A stretch of 64,000 bases of DNA from Octopus vulgaris. Its lineage: Eukaryota. Below are positions 12,137 through 26,619 of the stretch, one piece after another. A model generated the notes under the pieces. It saw nothing but the letters and a program-made list of their open reading frames with translations, searched no databases and had not been told where the DNA came from. The position numbers and the translations under genes are program-made. Where the stretch lies: positions 32,302,001 through 32,366,000 of the forward strand of contig OX597823.1 of NCBI GenBank assembly GCA_951406725.2. Reading direction: 5' to 3'. The stretch's first letter is position 1; the number at the start of each line of letters is the position of its first letter.

Positions 12137-12322
12137 TTCTTTCTCTCCCTCTCTTTCTTTCTTTTTCACCTTCTCCCCTCTCTCTTCTTCTCTCTCCCTC
12201 TTTCTGTTTCTCCCTCTATCTCCCCTCTCTCTTTCTGTCTTTCTCTATCCCTCTCTCTCCCTCTTCCTTTCTCTTTCTCCCTCTCCTCCTCCTCCTCCCT
12301 CTCTCTCTTTCTCTCTCTCTCT
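11820..12322. repeat. Long polypyrimidine (CT/CTTT) tract
   Basis: About 500 bp consisting almost entirely of C/T on the + strand. Confidence 0.95.
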
Positions 12323-12329
12323 TGTGTTC

Positions 12330-12595
12330 TTCCGTTGCAACTGAGACTGCTATTGCAACCTCTTCCTCTTCTTCTGCTGCTGCTGCTGCTAATGCTGCAA
12401 CTGCTGCTGCTGCTGTTATTTCTGTTACTGCAGCTGCTGCTGCTGCTGCTGCCGATATAGCAATTCCTTTATTGCACGGGTGAAGCAGTTGGAAAAAAAA
12501 AAAAAAAGATAAGTAAAACAGGGCGGGCGGCGTGTAAAAAGGATACCACCTCTGGATAAAACACATACCGTGAAACTACATAACCTGAGGAAAAG

Positions 12596-12639
<44 letters not shown>

Positions 12640-12640
12640 T

Positions 12641-12695
<55 letters not shown>

Positions 12696-12790
12696 TACAC
12701 ACACTTACACGCATACACATATATACTGGAAAGATTTGAAAATTTGAAAGAAATCCAGGCATCACCAATAACAGAATGCGGAAGGTAAGT
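12330..12790 (+). other. Candidate host first exon/5' UTR ending in ATG CGG AAG|GTAAGT
   Basis: Consensus donor AAG|GTAAGT at 12784/12785; non-repetitive sequence with retained CpGs and GGGCGGGCGG; follows a CT tract. Confidence 0.3.
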
Positions 12791-12883
12791 TGGGAAAATA
12801 AAGTCTACAGCTTTGAATAGGTAAAATCCCACCCCGCAAAAAAATCTAAAAAGATTGCCAAATTAATTTTCAGGTAAATGTGT

Positions 12884-12914
<31 letters not shown>

Positions 12915-13004
12915 AGAGCAAGCACGTGCACATATGTGCATGTATATGCGTATAGGTGTGTCAAAATGTGAGGTTGTGTTTGTAAAGTGCATATGCATGT
13001 GTAT

Positions 13005-13063
<59 letters not shown>

Positions 13064-13446
13064 CGGCCATGTGTCTAGTCCGGTTCACATTGCTTGTCAT
13101 TGTTGTCGCTATTCCTTTAGTTGTAATTGTTGTTATTTAGTCCCCGGTCAGTCCTGAGCAAGTGAACCCATGACCAAAACCAGTCCATCCTGTCTTTTTA
13201 AAAATATGTACAACTGTATAATGTAATGTGTTTGATTTGTGGAAGATTTGGCTGTTATGACCACCAGGTCAAGAGACCATGTAGATTTGGTGATGTTGCT
13301 GGTGGTCAAGGTGGTAGCAAGGATGCGCTTATTGTTGTTGTAACACCACAATTATCCTCATCATCATCATCATCATCAATAGTAATAATTTTCACTGAAT
13401 ATTATTATTATTATCACTATTATTATTATTACTATTATTATTATTA

Positions 13447-13655
13447 GGGTGGTAAGCCGGCAGAATCATTAGTGTGTCAAACAAAGTACTTAGCAGTATT
13501 TCTTTTAACTCATTATGTTCTGAGTTCAGATACTGCTGAGGTCATCCTTTCGGGGTTGATAAAATAAGTACCAGTTGATCGCTAGGGTCAAATATAATCA
13601 ACTTACTCCCCTCCTCCAAAACTGCAGGTATTATACCAAAATTTGAAACCACTAC

Positions 13656-13698
<43 letters not shown>

Positions 13699-13708
13699 GT
13701 TATTATTA

Positions 13709-13783
<75 letters not shown>

Positions 13784-13975
13784 GTGTTGTGGATTGGCAG
13801 AATTATTAGAGTGTCAGACAAAAAGCTTTGCAGCATTCATGCCGGCTCTTTATATTCCAAATTAAGATTCCATCCTCCTGTAGTCGATAAAATAAAATTC
13901 AAGCCAAGTCCTGGAGTTGATGATATTAACTAACCTTCTCTCCTCGAAATTTCTGGCCTTGTGCCTAAATCGGAA
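13447..13975 (+). mobile_element. Two diverged SINE family B copies separated by (TAT)n
   Basis: ggcagaatcattag..ttctgagttca..ttcggggttgataaaataagtaccag; long (ATT)n at 13654-13782. Confidence 0.75.
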
Positions 13976-14212
13976 ATTATTATTATTATCATTATTATTA
14001 TTATAATTTTACCTACCTTAATATATGTTCCTCTATAGCATATTCCTCTCCTTTTCTCTCTTACTCTCTATCTTTCCATCTATCACTCTACCTACCTATC
14101 TACCTAACTGACATTACCAATCCATCCATCCACCCATCCACCCACCCATCCATCCATCCATCCATCCATCCATCCATCCATCCATCCATCTATCCATCTA
14201 TCTATCTATCTT

Positions 14213-14293
<81 letters not shown>

Positions 14294-14332
14294 ATATGTA
14301 TATGCATGTATGTATGTATGTATGTATGTATG

Positions 14333-14364
<32 letters not shown>

Positions 14365-16004
14365 CTTAAATATACATTCATTTTAGAGAGAAAAAAGGAA
14401 AGAGAGGAAGAGGGTAGAATCAGATGCAGTGAAAAACTTAAGACTAGTCCATTTTTAAATTAACAAAAGTGCATACACCCTATATTATAGACATTATCAT
14501 ACTTGCCGTAATGATTAAATATTCAGTAAAATTTAACAACCAATAGTGCTTTACTTACAAACATAAAGGTATATGCACATATATATGCAATGTGTACACA
14601 CACACACACATACACACATATATATGTATGTGTGTATGTATGCATGCATTATATGTATGTGTGTATGTGCATATATATGTATGTGTGCATATATATGTAT
14701 CTGTGTATGTATGCATGCATTTAGAAAGAAAGTGTGCATCTGAGTAAAGCACTAATGTGTATTGCATATTAATGCACAATTCCAAACAAGACCAAAACTG
14801 CTTGAAAGTAAGAAAAAAGAAAGAAAAAGATTGGAAAAATATAAAAATATGAAATGTAGAAGGGAGCACAGAAACGAGGAATTTCTCTGTAATCTGATCC
14901 TAAGAGTTTATTTCTGGGAGAGTAGCAAAATGAAATGAAATGATGGTGGCACCTCTTTTGCAAAACACACCTGTAATATTTGAGCGAACTAAGTGGTTTC
15001 TAGTTAAACACATGCCTGCTTGTCTGCGTGTGTGTATACACTGCAGCACACGTGTGTCTGACTAATATAACTTTCCTAGATTATTTAACAGCGAGGCTGT
15101 CATTTGGTGGAGTCATATTTGACTGCTGTTTAATACACATGCATCATTGTTAATTGAGCCTTTTATTTTATATATATATATTTCACACTGTTATCACAGA
15201 GGCTATGATCAACATCATTACTTCATCACCACTACAACTACTACCAATACTATCACCAACACCAACAACAATACCTTCTGCAACCTAAACACCACTGCCA
15301 GCAACACATCGCTAATACCTCAAACACCTCAAACACTATCTCATCACTAACAACAACAACAACAACAATAACACTGCCACCACCACCACCAACAGTACCA
15401 TCATTTCCCATGTACCTCATGCTCTACAGCTAATGCTGTTGAAGTACCTTTTTTCCCCATCTTATCACCCGGATAATAATACTCCTTACATCACGGTATC
15501 TGAGTATCTGGTACCACTGAGTATCACTGTATTTTTATACATGCTCACACACATGTGTATGTATATATATATATATACATATATATATGTGTGTGTGTAT
15601 GTGTGTGTGTGTGTGTGTGTGGTTGTAGTGCACCTGAGCACTGTATACAATAAGATCACTATTATACACATGTATGTATGTATGTATGTATGTATGTATG
15701 TATGTATGTATGTATGTATGCATGTATGTACGTATGTATGTATGTATGTACATATGTATTTATGTAGGTGTGCATGTGTATGTATGTATGTATGTATGTA
15801 TGTATGCATGCATGTATGTATTAATTATACTGATAATACATCTTTCTTTTCTTTTCTTATGAAAGCAATTAGCAGTTCAATAAAAGTAAAAAGAATTAGA
15901 TTTAGACCAATAATGTGTATATATTATGATACATAGGTACAACTAATACAAACAGACACATAAAAATAAAATCGAGGCACACACACACGCACAAACAGAT
16001 ATAC

Positions 16005-16037
<33 letters not shown>

Positions 16038-16719
16038 CATTCATGTATGTACGTATGTATACACATGCGTGCACACGCTTTCACTTACAGATGCATATGC
16101 ATGCAGATACACACTTATATTCATACAATGATACACGCACACACATATATACACACATTTAGGTAGACCATGTGATTAGTAATGGACCAGCACCTCCCTC
16201 TGCCCCTGACCAGATGTCACTCTGTTATTCTATTCTAAACTCTCTGATTCTGAGATCAATTCATCACGTGTCTAGTTGATGATGTGTCTGCTATATGCTC
16301 TATTATGCTATATTATGTTGTTTTATTTATGATGTTTTATCATGTGATGTTAGTTTTAGATGTTATGTTTTTGTTTACCTTATGTTCTACAATATCATAC
16401 AACATAATCTTATATTATAATATTTTACATTATTAATATGGTGTGCAGTCATATTTTCTCAAACTATTATTGAGGTTATGTTGTTGTTTGTATTGTTATT
16501 GCTTAACCCCAGGTCAGTCTGGATTAAGTAAATCTTTAATCAAAGCCATTCCAGCCATAAACATCCTAAGGATGTGGCTAGGTCTAAATTATCCAATGTG
16601 ACCTTTTCTTTAAGATAGCATAACAGGATTTTGTAGAGATTTGGCAGCTATTTTTAGATGATAGGCTAACCATGTAGAGGCTCCCTTAATTGTGTTGCTA
16701 TGTCATATTATGCTACCTG

Positions 16720-17190
16720 TTAATATTATGTACCCTGTTATATCATCAGTTATACTGCTATATCGTCATCTACCCAGCTATATTGTCATCTACCCTGTTA
16801 TATTGGTATCTATCTTGCTGTATTGTTATCTACCCTAATAAACTGTCATCTAGTTATATAATTTTCTATTTATTTGATCATCTACCCTGGGAAATTGTCA
16901 TCTACCCAACTATATTGTTAACTACCCTGTTTATTTTTATCTGCCCAGCTAAATTGTCCAATACCCAGTTACAATGTGTTATAACGTCATCTACCCTACA
17001 AGTGTCATCTACCTGCTAAAGTATCATCTACCCAGCTAAATTGCCATCTACTCTGTTGTGTTTTTATCTAGCTATATTGTCATCTGTCCAGCTATATTGT
17101 TACCCACACAGTTATACAGTCATTTACCCTGCTAAATTAACATCTACCCAGTCATATTATCATCTGCCTGGCTTTATTGTTATCTACCCT
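16720..17190. repeat. 20-bp minisatellite (consensus about tatattgtcatctacccagc), ~20 diverged units
   Basis: Periodic gtcatctaccc. Confidence 0.85.
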
Positions 17191-18682
17191 GCCACATTAC
17201 GTTACAATGTATTATTAAATCCAACAATATTTGGTAATATAAAAACAATATAAAATTCATTAATAAATAATTAACAACACATAAGATAATATTGATTTTA
17301 CGGAAGCTGATAATGAAGCTTCTATGTGATTGCTCCACCTGCTAAAATAGCAACCAAATCCACCTGAAATCACACTTTATCATCTTAAAAAAAGAAAACA
17401 GTGGACAGTATAGTACTTGGAATACAAAAAAAGATTAAATAGTCACAGAATAGTTTGGTTATAGATCTACCCAAATGTTGCTGACTTGGAGCTAAACCAT
17501 TACAATGTATCGATTTCATAGATAAATGGACACAGGAACCAACACTGATAAAAGGTTGAAATGAGAGCTTCATGCATTTCCAGAGATATTTGCACTTCAA
17601 ATGAAGTGAAATATCCCTAAACAGCAATCGATATACAAAGTGGGTGTAATCTTAAATCAGAGTATGAATAATATTGCTATATTTAACTGTACTCGACATT
17701 TTCTGTTTCCAGAGGAATGATACATGGGAAGTGGTGTCAGTCATGCTTTTCTCAAACCTATTAGCAGCATGGTTAATGTGATGGTTTCCTTAAGCACATG
17801 ACTCTCTTTGGCATTTTTGTCTTTTTATAATAAACTGTTGTTGTTTAGCCTCTGATCAGTTCTAATCAAGCATGTTTTATGATCAAAGCATTCCAGACAT
17901 GACCATCCTGTTTAATTTTCTAACACTGCATTCAGAAGGGCTCTACATGATGTTTCTTTCCTTCAGTATGATTCGAGGGAGATTTTGTTGCTATTTGGTT
18001 GCTATTTCAAGCAGGTCAATAGACAGTGTAGAGGCTACTTTAGTTTAAAATAGACAACAGTTAACCTTAGTTAATTACTGGTATTTATCATCTTTTCCCA
18101 TTGAGAAACAATAAGGAAAACATAAAACATGGAGGGAATTTGAACTCAAACGGGTTTATACCAACAAAGAAACCATATAGACACTGTTAGAAATAGCAGT
18201 CACATCTTCTTCAATTCACGCCTTATCTTAAAAAAAAGGAACCACACTTTGGACAAATTATATATAGAGAGGGTGATCACAATCAGAGCAGCTATGATCA
18301 CAGACTGGCTAAATCAAAGCTGACCTGGGGCTAAACAACATCGAGAAATACCTCAACACATCTCTCTGTTTTACATACCAACACCATCACTGTCAGCAAC
18401 AACAAAACAATTTGTAATTTTGACAATAGCAAAGAGATGCCGGACCACAGCTAGCAGCAGCACCGGCAGAGAAGAAAGAAGAGAGTAGTAGCAGCATCAA
18501 TAGTTATCTATATGCATGTACATACATACGTATGTATGTAGAGTATACATGTGTGCACATAAGTATGAAGACATGTACGTTTGTATGCATGTTTGTATGT
18601 AAGCATGCATATATGTATATATGAATATATGACTTTGTGTACTTAAGTATGCGTGTATGTACATATGTATGTCTGTGTGTAC

Positions 18683-18724
<42 letters not shown>

Positions 18725-19469
18725 TACATGCACACACACATACCTAAGTACATAGGCATATATGTGTGTGTGCATTGCGTGTGTGTGTGTGTGTGTGAAC
18801 GAGTATGTATGTATGTATGTATGTATGTATGTATGTATGTATGCATGTATGCATGTATGCAAGAATGCATATGGGTGGATGGATGGATGGATGAATGGAT
18901 GGATGGATGGATGGATAGATGGATGGGTGGGTGGATGGATGGGTGGATCGATGTAGATATGTATTTCATGATTGTTTCCTTACAAATGTAGACAAATACA
19001 TCATGAACGTAGGTGAGAGGAAGGAATTATTAAAATGATGGAAATATTAATAAATAATGCTAATGTATTTATTTATTTATTAAATTACTATTGATGTTGC
19101 TGCCGTTTATGCTGTTTCTGCTGTTTCCTCTATCTATAACACCTGCCATCACCCACTGCTGATGATGGTGCTTCCCTTAGTTCTGTTAATGAGTTTTTCT
19201 CGTTGAGTCAGTATTAACGAAAAAAGAAAAATGTAAGAAATTGAAAGTAAAATATCCAATAATGAATTTGGAACAGAAGGAATAGAAGAAAGAAAAAGAA
19301 AATTTAAGAATGAAACATGTCAGATGACAGACAATATTTTCAGAACAAAAAAAAAAAAAAACAGAATAAAAAACAAACATTTCCAAATATACATGGCACA
19401 AGAAATATTAAAACATCTAACTATAGGATGTATTAAAGGTATTGGGCAACATAAATTTCAAAAGTAGCC

Positions 19470-19900
19470 GACAAATGCTTCAAACATGCAGACAACAAAA
19501 ATTTTTAATATACCAGAAGACAAACGTGTTACACACGGCAGGCGACAAACACTTCAAACATACCAGATGACAAACATGTCAAACATATCAAACAACAAAC
19601 ATGTCAAACATATCAAACAACAAACACTTCCAGCACACCAGACTACAAATATTTCAAACATGCAGATGACATATTTCAAACATATCTTACAACAAACATT
19701 TCAAACATACCAGATCACTTACATATTCGATGATAAACATGTCATATGTACCAGCCAACAATGATTCAACCATATAAGTCGACAGACAAATCAAACATAC
19801 CAGGCGATAAAAAATTCAAACACACCTGACAACAAATGCTTGAAACATACCAAGCAAAATGATTCAAAACATAGTAACCAAGTTAGATACATCAGATGAC
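19470..19900. repeat. 25-bp minisatellite (about tcaaacataccagatgacaaacatg)
   Basis: Periodic tcaaacata; accounts for ORF 19486-19764. Confidence 0.8.
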
Positions 19901-19999
19901 TAGAAATGTTTCAGAAGCTATTTCTTTTGATCTCATTTGTTCATTATTTTCTTTGATTTCACTAGTTCGTTATTTTGATTTAGGACGAATTATTCAATA

Positions 20000-20295
20000 C
20001 AGTTCTATATTTAAGAGATGAGGAATTATGTACATTATTTAAATTTGACAGATATTTGTCCTCATCTTGTTTCTTATTAACACAACGTTTTGGTTGATAT
20101 ACCCTCCAGCCTTCATCAGGTGTCTTGGGGAAATTTCAAACCTGGGTTCTCATTCCTAAAGTAGTTTTCAATGTTGTTGTTATTGTTGTTATTATTATTA
20201 TTATTATTATCATTATTATTCAAGTCACTGCCTGGAGTTGAACACAGAATCTTGGTGTTAGTAGCCCGTGCTCTTAACCACTATGCCACATGCCC
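20000..20295 (-). mobile_element. Uninterrupted copy of the tRNA-head/(AAT)n/hammerhead-tail SINE
   Basis: Minus strand: A box TGGCATAGTGG, B box GTTCAACTCC, (AAT)n, then GACAC-CTGATGA-AGGCTG..CAACC-AAAA-CGTT-GTGTT at 20079-20124. Confidence 0.8.
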
Positions 20296-20308
20296 TTGGG
20301 CTTTTTTT

Positions 20309-20653
20309 TTATATAACTATCTCTTCAATAGGGGCTATTATGTCCAAGTATAGAATGCACTTGATGGTTGTCACAAAGGTGAGACCTTTGTTTAGTACTG
20401 CTTCTTCAGAGCTTTCTAGTTGTCGGCTACTTACATTAATTACTGCTTTCACAGGTGGGTGACAGACTTCAGTCTTCATTCTCTGACCTTTGAGTTTCAT
20501 AAACTTCTTAATCTGGCGTGTCTTCACCATTTCAAATTCTTTCATGTACGACTTTTCTAGATCTTGCTGGATTTTCTTTCTATCATCATCTCTGGTTATT
20601 TTCCTAAGTAATGAAGATAACCTCTCTTTGATTCCGTTATTTAGTTTCAACAT
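20309..20653 (-). pseudogene. Penelope-like element ORF fragment (region N-terminal to the RT domain)
   Basis: QIKKFMKL...VINVSSRQLESSEEAVLNKGLTF...DIIAPIE resembles the VINLS..L...E..VL.KGLNF motif upstream of PLE reverse transcriptases. Confidence 0.75.
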
Positions 20654-23205
20654 GTGTACAATTTCCCAATACTTTCATGCAACTTTTTTATTTTATCATT
20701 TTTTTTTTGTTTTTTTAGAATTGTTTTATTTTGTCCAAACAGATTCCTTGTATGGTGGGTTTTAATTATAGAAAAGAAAAACTGTTAACTTTTCTTATTA
20801 TTTTATTTCTCCTATGTTTTCTTTCTTTATTTTTAAACCTAGAAACAGCTTTTATCAAATGACATCTAAGGAAAAGAAAACAGGCACGTGGAGACAGAAG
20901 GTCAACTAAATCTAAAACACACACACACAAATAAATGTTCCTGCAATGACCACCCTGTCTTTTTCCTAGATATTGTGTATGAAAGGCAACATTATACAAT
21001 GTTTCCTGTGCGGTATGAGGTATGGTTCAAGGCAGATTTGGCTTCTATTTCAAGCAGCTCTAGTGGGCACATAGATGCTTCCCTATTGGCTCATGCTGCT
21101 GCAGCTGCTGAATGTAATGATGTTGCTGATGATGATAGTGGTGGCTTATTTATTTGTCTAAAGGTGATGATTTATTTATTCACAACTCTAAGTTTCTATC
21201 AATTCGTGATCATTCAGGCAATAAGAATATTTAAAGTGAGATTGAAATATCCATCGTGATTCTTTCATTATGCTGTTATTTGATTCCCAATACAGGATCA
21301 AGTCACTTCTAATTAATGTCAGTTAAATAGTGTAGAAAACATGAAACATGACATTGATACAAACAAGATATTAGCGGCTCGCGATAAATATTTATATTCC
21401 TGACGTGCATACATACATACATACAAACATACATACATGCATGCATGCATAGCTGCATGTATATATGTACGTTAGTAAGTATATGTGTGTTTTATGGGTA
21501 ATTAAACACAGAGGCAGTCAGTCATTAATTTAAAAAGCACTCAAATATGTGTGTGTGTGTGTGCGTGTGTGTGTGTGTGTTTATAAGTGAGTGCACGCGC
21601 ATGTTCGTGTTTGAATGGCTAGTTATAACACAATCAAAGGAAGAGCTGAAAACAGAAAATATAATTTTTTTATGTCTTGAACACTTAACAGTGAAACATT
21701 TGGCACCTGGGAATTAATCATTAGACACACACACATACACACATGCACACACACATACACACACACACAAGCAAATATATATACAAGAAAAATGCACATA
21801 AATTATATAGTTATTTATTTGAAAACCTCACCGGTAGGGATTGCAGACAATGTGAAAACATTCTACTGTTCCCTTAAGTAAACAGAAAACTGAGTATCCT
21901 CTTGCTGATGTTTCCTGGGTGATTGCACCCTTATATTCTTTCTCTCTCTCTCTCCCCTCCCTCTCTTTTACTAACCCTCTGGGAGTGTATGTGCTTGTTT
22001 TATCTAATGTAGCCTTATCCAAAATAGAGTCAGATTACCAACATTTTCAAGCGGAACGTTTGATAATTGCGATGTTTCCACTTGAAACCAATGGCAGCAC
22101 TGTAAATTCACAAATAAAGAATGTGTATGTATAATTTATTAGTGGTAAAATATTTATTTTAATTTTTAATTTGTTTTTTATTTTTCTTCTTAAAGCCACA
22201 TTATGTAGAAGGCATTACAAGTGATAAGTGTAACCTGTCTCAAAGAGTTCTTTCCAGTTTATTCGTCTACACCAGTATGTGTACAAATGTATTGTGTATA
22301 TAAGGCTGTTGACATTTCTCACCTGCAGTGTTTTTTGAATTATGACATTAAAAAATAAGAAACAACTTAAAATTTAAGATAAACTAGTTTCGTTTATTCA
22401 TCAAGAAATCTCAACTAAAAGAAGTTTCTGGAGAAGATGATATTAAACGATAATATTGATTATTAAGGTAGCCACAAAATTATAAATGTTATGGGTAGGG
22501 TATAATTGATTGAATTTACTTTGTTTGGTATGATTGGTAAGATGAAAGGCAAAGTTAACTGCAGCGGAATTTGCTCAATATCTAAAATAGCCACAATAAA
22601 AAGGACATTTTCTCCAATATTCTAATGCAACCCCAGGAGATGAATTTCACCCACCCAGGAAGTAAACTTGTTGAGTCTGGATTTCTCCCTTTTTTATTTA
22701 CCTTCGAATAGTTGCCAAAGCATAATGAAGTGAAAAAAGTTCGGTACACCTGCTATAACGATTCTGACAAGAATGAGATACTAGGGGAATATGGAGACCC
22801 AGTCTATAGTTATATAAGCCTCAAAGTTAGAGGGGAGGATTGTAGTCAAATTAATCTACTCCAGTACATTACTGATCTTATGGATCCTGGAAGAATGAAA
22901 GCAAACTTCAAACATGGTAAGGTTTTGAATTCAGTGCATAAATATGTCCAGCACTCTGTTATGAATCTTCCATCCTTCATCGTTGATGTAACAAATATCA
23001 AAGTGTTAGTAGTAGACGCATTATAAACACTTCTGATGTTTTTTTTTTTCATTCTTATATTCTTTTGCCAGTTTCAGTCAATGGACTGGAGCATCACCAT
23101 CAATGGTCTTAGTCTGTCATATCAACCAAGATACTTATTTCAGTCTTGTACTTATTGAGTATTATGGAACGTCTGAGTTAACTTTTGGCATACGAGTACG
23201 TAACC

Positions 23206-23370
23206 TCAGTGGTGAAGCTAAAGTGTGTGCTGCTCAGAGCAGCCCATGAGTTTGCTGTCTCCGAAGTTCTCCAAACTTATATAGGTTTATATAGCAGACC
23301 CAAAAGTACCACACCCGAGAAACATCTGCTGGGACAGACTGACTCCCAGCGATGCAACAGTGTAACCTAA
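23206..23370 (+). mobile_element. Degenerate hAT-like MITE (related copy at about 53506-53675)
   Basis: cagtggtgaagctaaagtgtgtgctgc vs cagtcgcatactagagtgtgtgccgcc; shared cacaccc and gac.gactg. Confidence 0.45.
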
Positions 23371-24419
23371 TGCACTTTTTTACACATGCATTATCATAGG
23401 CACAAAATGCATACATATGCACACACACGCGCACATATTTGTGTATGTGTGTGTGCCTGTGTGTGTGTGTGTGTAAGAGGGAGAGAGAGAGAGAGAGAAA
23501 AAGAGAGAGAAAGAGAGAGAGAGAGAGAAAAAGAGAGAGACAGAGACAGAGACAGAGAAAGAGAAGCTTCTGTCCAGTTTCTGTCAACCAAATTCTACTT
23601 ACAAGGCATTTGTAGACCCAAAGCTACAGAGAGGTCACTTGCCCAAGGTGCAATGCAGCAGAATCAAACACATGGAACCACGTGTTTGTAAAGCAAATTT
23701 CAAACCTATACAGCTATGCTGGTATCTTATACACCCACAAACGTGCATACACACACACTTACACAAGGTGTAAGATTACACCATGCATTGTACACCATGA
23801 GTGTGTGTGTGTGTGTGTGTGTGTATGTAGAAAAAAGGACTCTTCTCAATGTTGTATTATTTTGAGATCATTTCATGAAAATATTTTGTTTAAGTTTTAC
23901 GTTTTATGCTTTACTTGTTTCAGTCATTAGACTGCGGCCATGCTGGGGCACCACCTTGAAAATACTTATAAAACAAATATAAAGGATTTAGTATAAAATT
24001 GGAAGATAAACTGTGAAAAATAGGAAGATAAAATGTGTATTTACACACACACACAGACACACATACATATGTACATACACACACATGCATGCATACATAT
24101 ACATACATACACACACATATATACATACATACATACATACATACATAAATACATACATACATACATATATACATACATACATACATACATACATACATGC
24201 ATACATGCATACATGCATACATGCATACATACATACATATGCATCTTCCTATGAGGTTTGATCCCATGACAGAACAAAAAAATGAAATAACCAACAAACA
24301 ATATATATATATATGTGCGTGTGTGTGTGTGTGTGTGTATGAAGCAATTATCTGGATAACAAATAAGACTGCATTCTAGTTTTCTCCCATTTTATCAATT
24401 TTTTTTTTACATGCGCCGC

Positions 24420-24688
24420 CTTGACAGGCTTCTGTGCCGGTGGCATGTAAAAAGCACCAACCGATCGTGGCCGCTGCCAGCCTCCCCTGGCACCTGTGCC
24501 GGTGGCATGTAAAAAGCACCCACTACACTCACGGAGTGGTTGGCATGAGGAAGGGCATTCAGCTGTAGAAACACTTCCAGATCAGACTGGAGCCTGGTGC
24601 AGCCTCCTGGCTTCCCAGACCCAGGTCGAACCATCCAACCCATGCTAGCACGGAAAACGGATGTTAAACGATGATGATGATGATGATA
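24420..24688 (+). mobile_element. Family C SINE/LINE tail with internal repeat
   Basis: ctgtgccggtggcatgtaaaaagcacc twice; (GAT)n tail. Confidence 0.8.
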
Positions 24689-25004
24689 TTTCAATTTGAG
24701 CTCCTTCCAGTTAGTTTACAACAGTAAAGTTCCCAAATTCATCACCAATGCATCTAAGTCTTGCAGTCTCATTTTTTGGATGAAGTAGTCTTATCATTGT
24801 TGATTCTGATTTGTCATAGGCAGAGCTCTGTAGCTGGTGTTTCTAGGTCTTCACAGCCACATCTTCTGGATGAAGTGATTATGCCATGTGTTGGCTCTGC
24901 TTTGTCGTTAGCACAGCTCTGTGCTTAGTGTTGACCAAACTGCTTGAATTTAAATTTTGACTGTCAGGTTTGTTTTTGTTGTGTCTGAATGTTGACTGCA
25001 TTTT

Positions 25005-25421
25005 CTTTTATTCTTTTATTTGTTTCAGTCATTTGACTGCAGCCATGCTGGTGCACCACCCTTTAGTTGAGCAAATTGACCCCAGGACTTATTCTTTGTA
25101 AGCCTAGTACTTATTCTATCGGTCTCTTTTTTTTGCCGAACTGCTAAGTTACAGGGACGTAAATACACCAGCATCGTATGTCAAGTGATATTGGGGGGGG
25201 TGACAAACACAGATACAAACACACACACGCACACACACACACATATGTATATATACATATATACGACAGGCTTCTTTCAGTTTCCGTCTACCAAATCCAC
25301 TCACAAGGCTTTGATCAGCCCAAAGCTATAGTAGAAGACACTTGCCCAAGGTGCCACACAGTGGGACTGAACCCGGAACCATATGGTTGGTAAGCAAGCT
25401 ACTTACCACACAGCCACTCCT
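25005..25421 (-). mobile_element. Full-length SINE family A
   Basis: Reverse complement of 29958-30375 over its whole length. Confidence 0.92.
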
Positions 25422-26355
25422 GCATGTTTATTTTTAGCACAGTGATGTGTTAAAATTTTGTCCTCTAATGTTGTATTATCTAATTTCATTTTGTGTTGCA
25501 TGATACAAATGTATTCCAATTGTTCTTTGTGAAAAGTGCACTGAGTGAATACCGTACTTGTATGACGAAGACAAAGTTGGAGACAGGAAGTTCACACATT
25601 TGCAATCGAACTCATAATCTCACAAGTGGACTGCACAGACTTGTGGTTTATATATGGTTGTGTGTATGTGTGTGAGTGTGTGTGGATATCTTTTGCCTTT
25701 GTATATCAACAAAGAGTATAACTGTCGACAAGAAAAGAGAGAAAACTTGATATTTTTCAAATGAAAAGCCTTTTGTCCTACTTGTTCTGCACTGTGTTTT
25801 GCACTCGCACTTTCTGTCTGTCAAAAAAGCGGTGAAGTGGTGACCAGACCATTGGAAATTTGTAATTAACAATGGCATTGTTCACCAATTGTGTATATAA
25901 AACGAAAATTTGAAGAAAGGTGAATCTGAGCATCATGATGATGATGATGATGACGACAAGGAGGAGGTGGGAGAGGGGCAGGAGGAGGAGGAAGGTCGTG
26001 GTGATGGTGGTGGTAACTTTAATGATAAGGACAAGGTCAAAGACAAGAAAAGCAACAAAAAAAAAATGACAATTTGCTGACTTCTGGAATTTTTTTTTTA
26101 CAGAAAACAAATATGATAAAATATTCAGGCAAAAGAATTTACTAAACCCTATTTCAACAGATAAATAAATAAATAAATAAATGTAAGATCGATAAATAAA
26201 TGTGTAAATTAAACCAAGAATGCATGTAAGGCTGTAAGTTAGAAAGAGTAAGAGAGGGGCGAGTAGTGGTGGTAATGGTGTAGTGAGTGTGGTGTGTAAA
26301 GCAGGGGGAATTGTGGCGATGGTGGTGGTAGTGGTGTGAAGTAGAGATGGTATTG

Positions 26356-26448
26356 GTGGTGGTGGTGGTGGTGTAGGTGGTGGTGGTGGTGGTGGTGGTG
26401 GTGGTGGTGGTGGTGGTGGTGGTGGTGTAGGTGGTGGTGGTGGTGGTG
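26356..26448. repeat. (GGT)n microsatellite
   Basis: Seen directly. Confidence 0.95.
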
Positions 26449-26584
26449 GATGTTGTCCTATGTCATAGATCCGGTATGAGAGTGGTAGTCGTAATGATGG
26501 TGGTGGAGAGAAAGAGAGAGAGAGAGAAAGATATGAAAAGATCCAGGTTCTGAGTCACACACATTTGTGTATATTGGTATGCTT

Positions 26585-26619
<35 letters not shown>

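Noticed and set aside
11728-12483. 251-aa and 235-aa ORFs
   Set aside because: They arise from the stop-free CT tract and (CTG)n; no domain features.
16720-17190. Regular repeats resembling a CRISPR array
   Set aside because: Contiguous diverged 20-bp units with no unique spacers, eukaryotic context and no cas genes.
22712-23026. 104-aa non-repetitive-looking ORF
   Set aside because: The second half overlaps a decayed SINE B on the minus strand (gatcctggaagaatgaaagcaaac); no recognisable domain.
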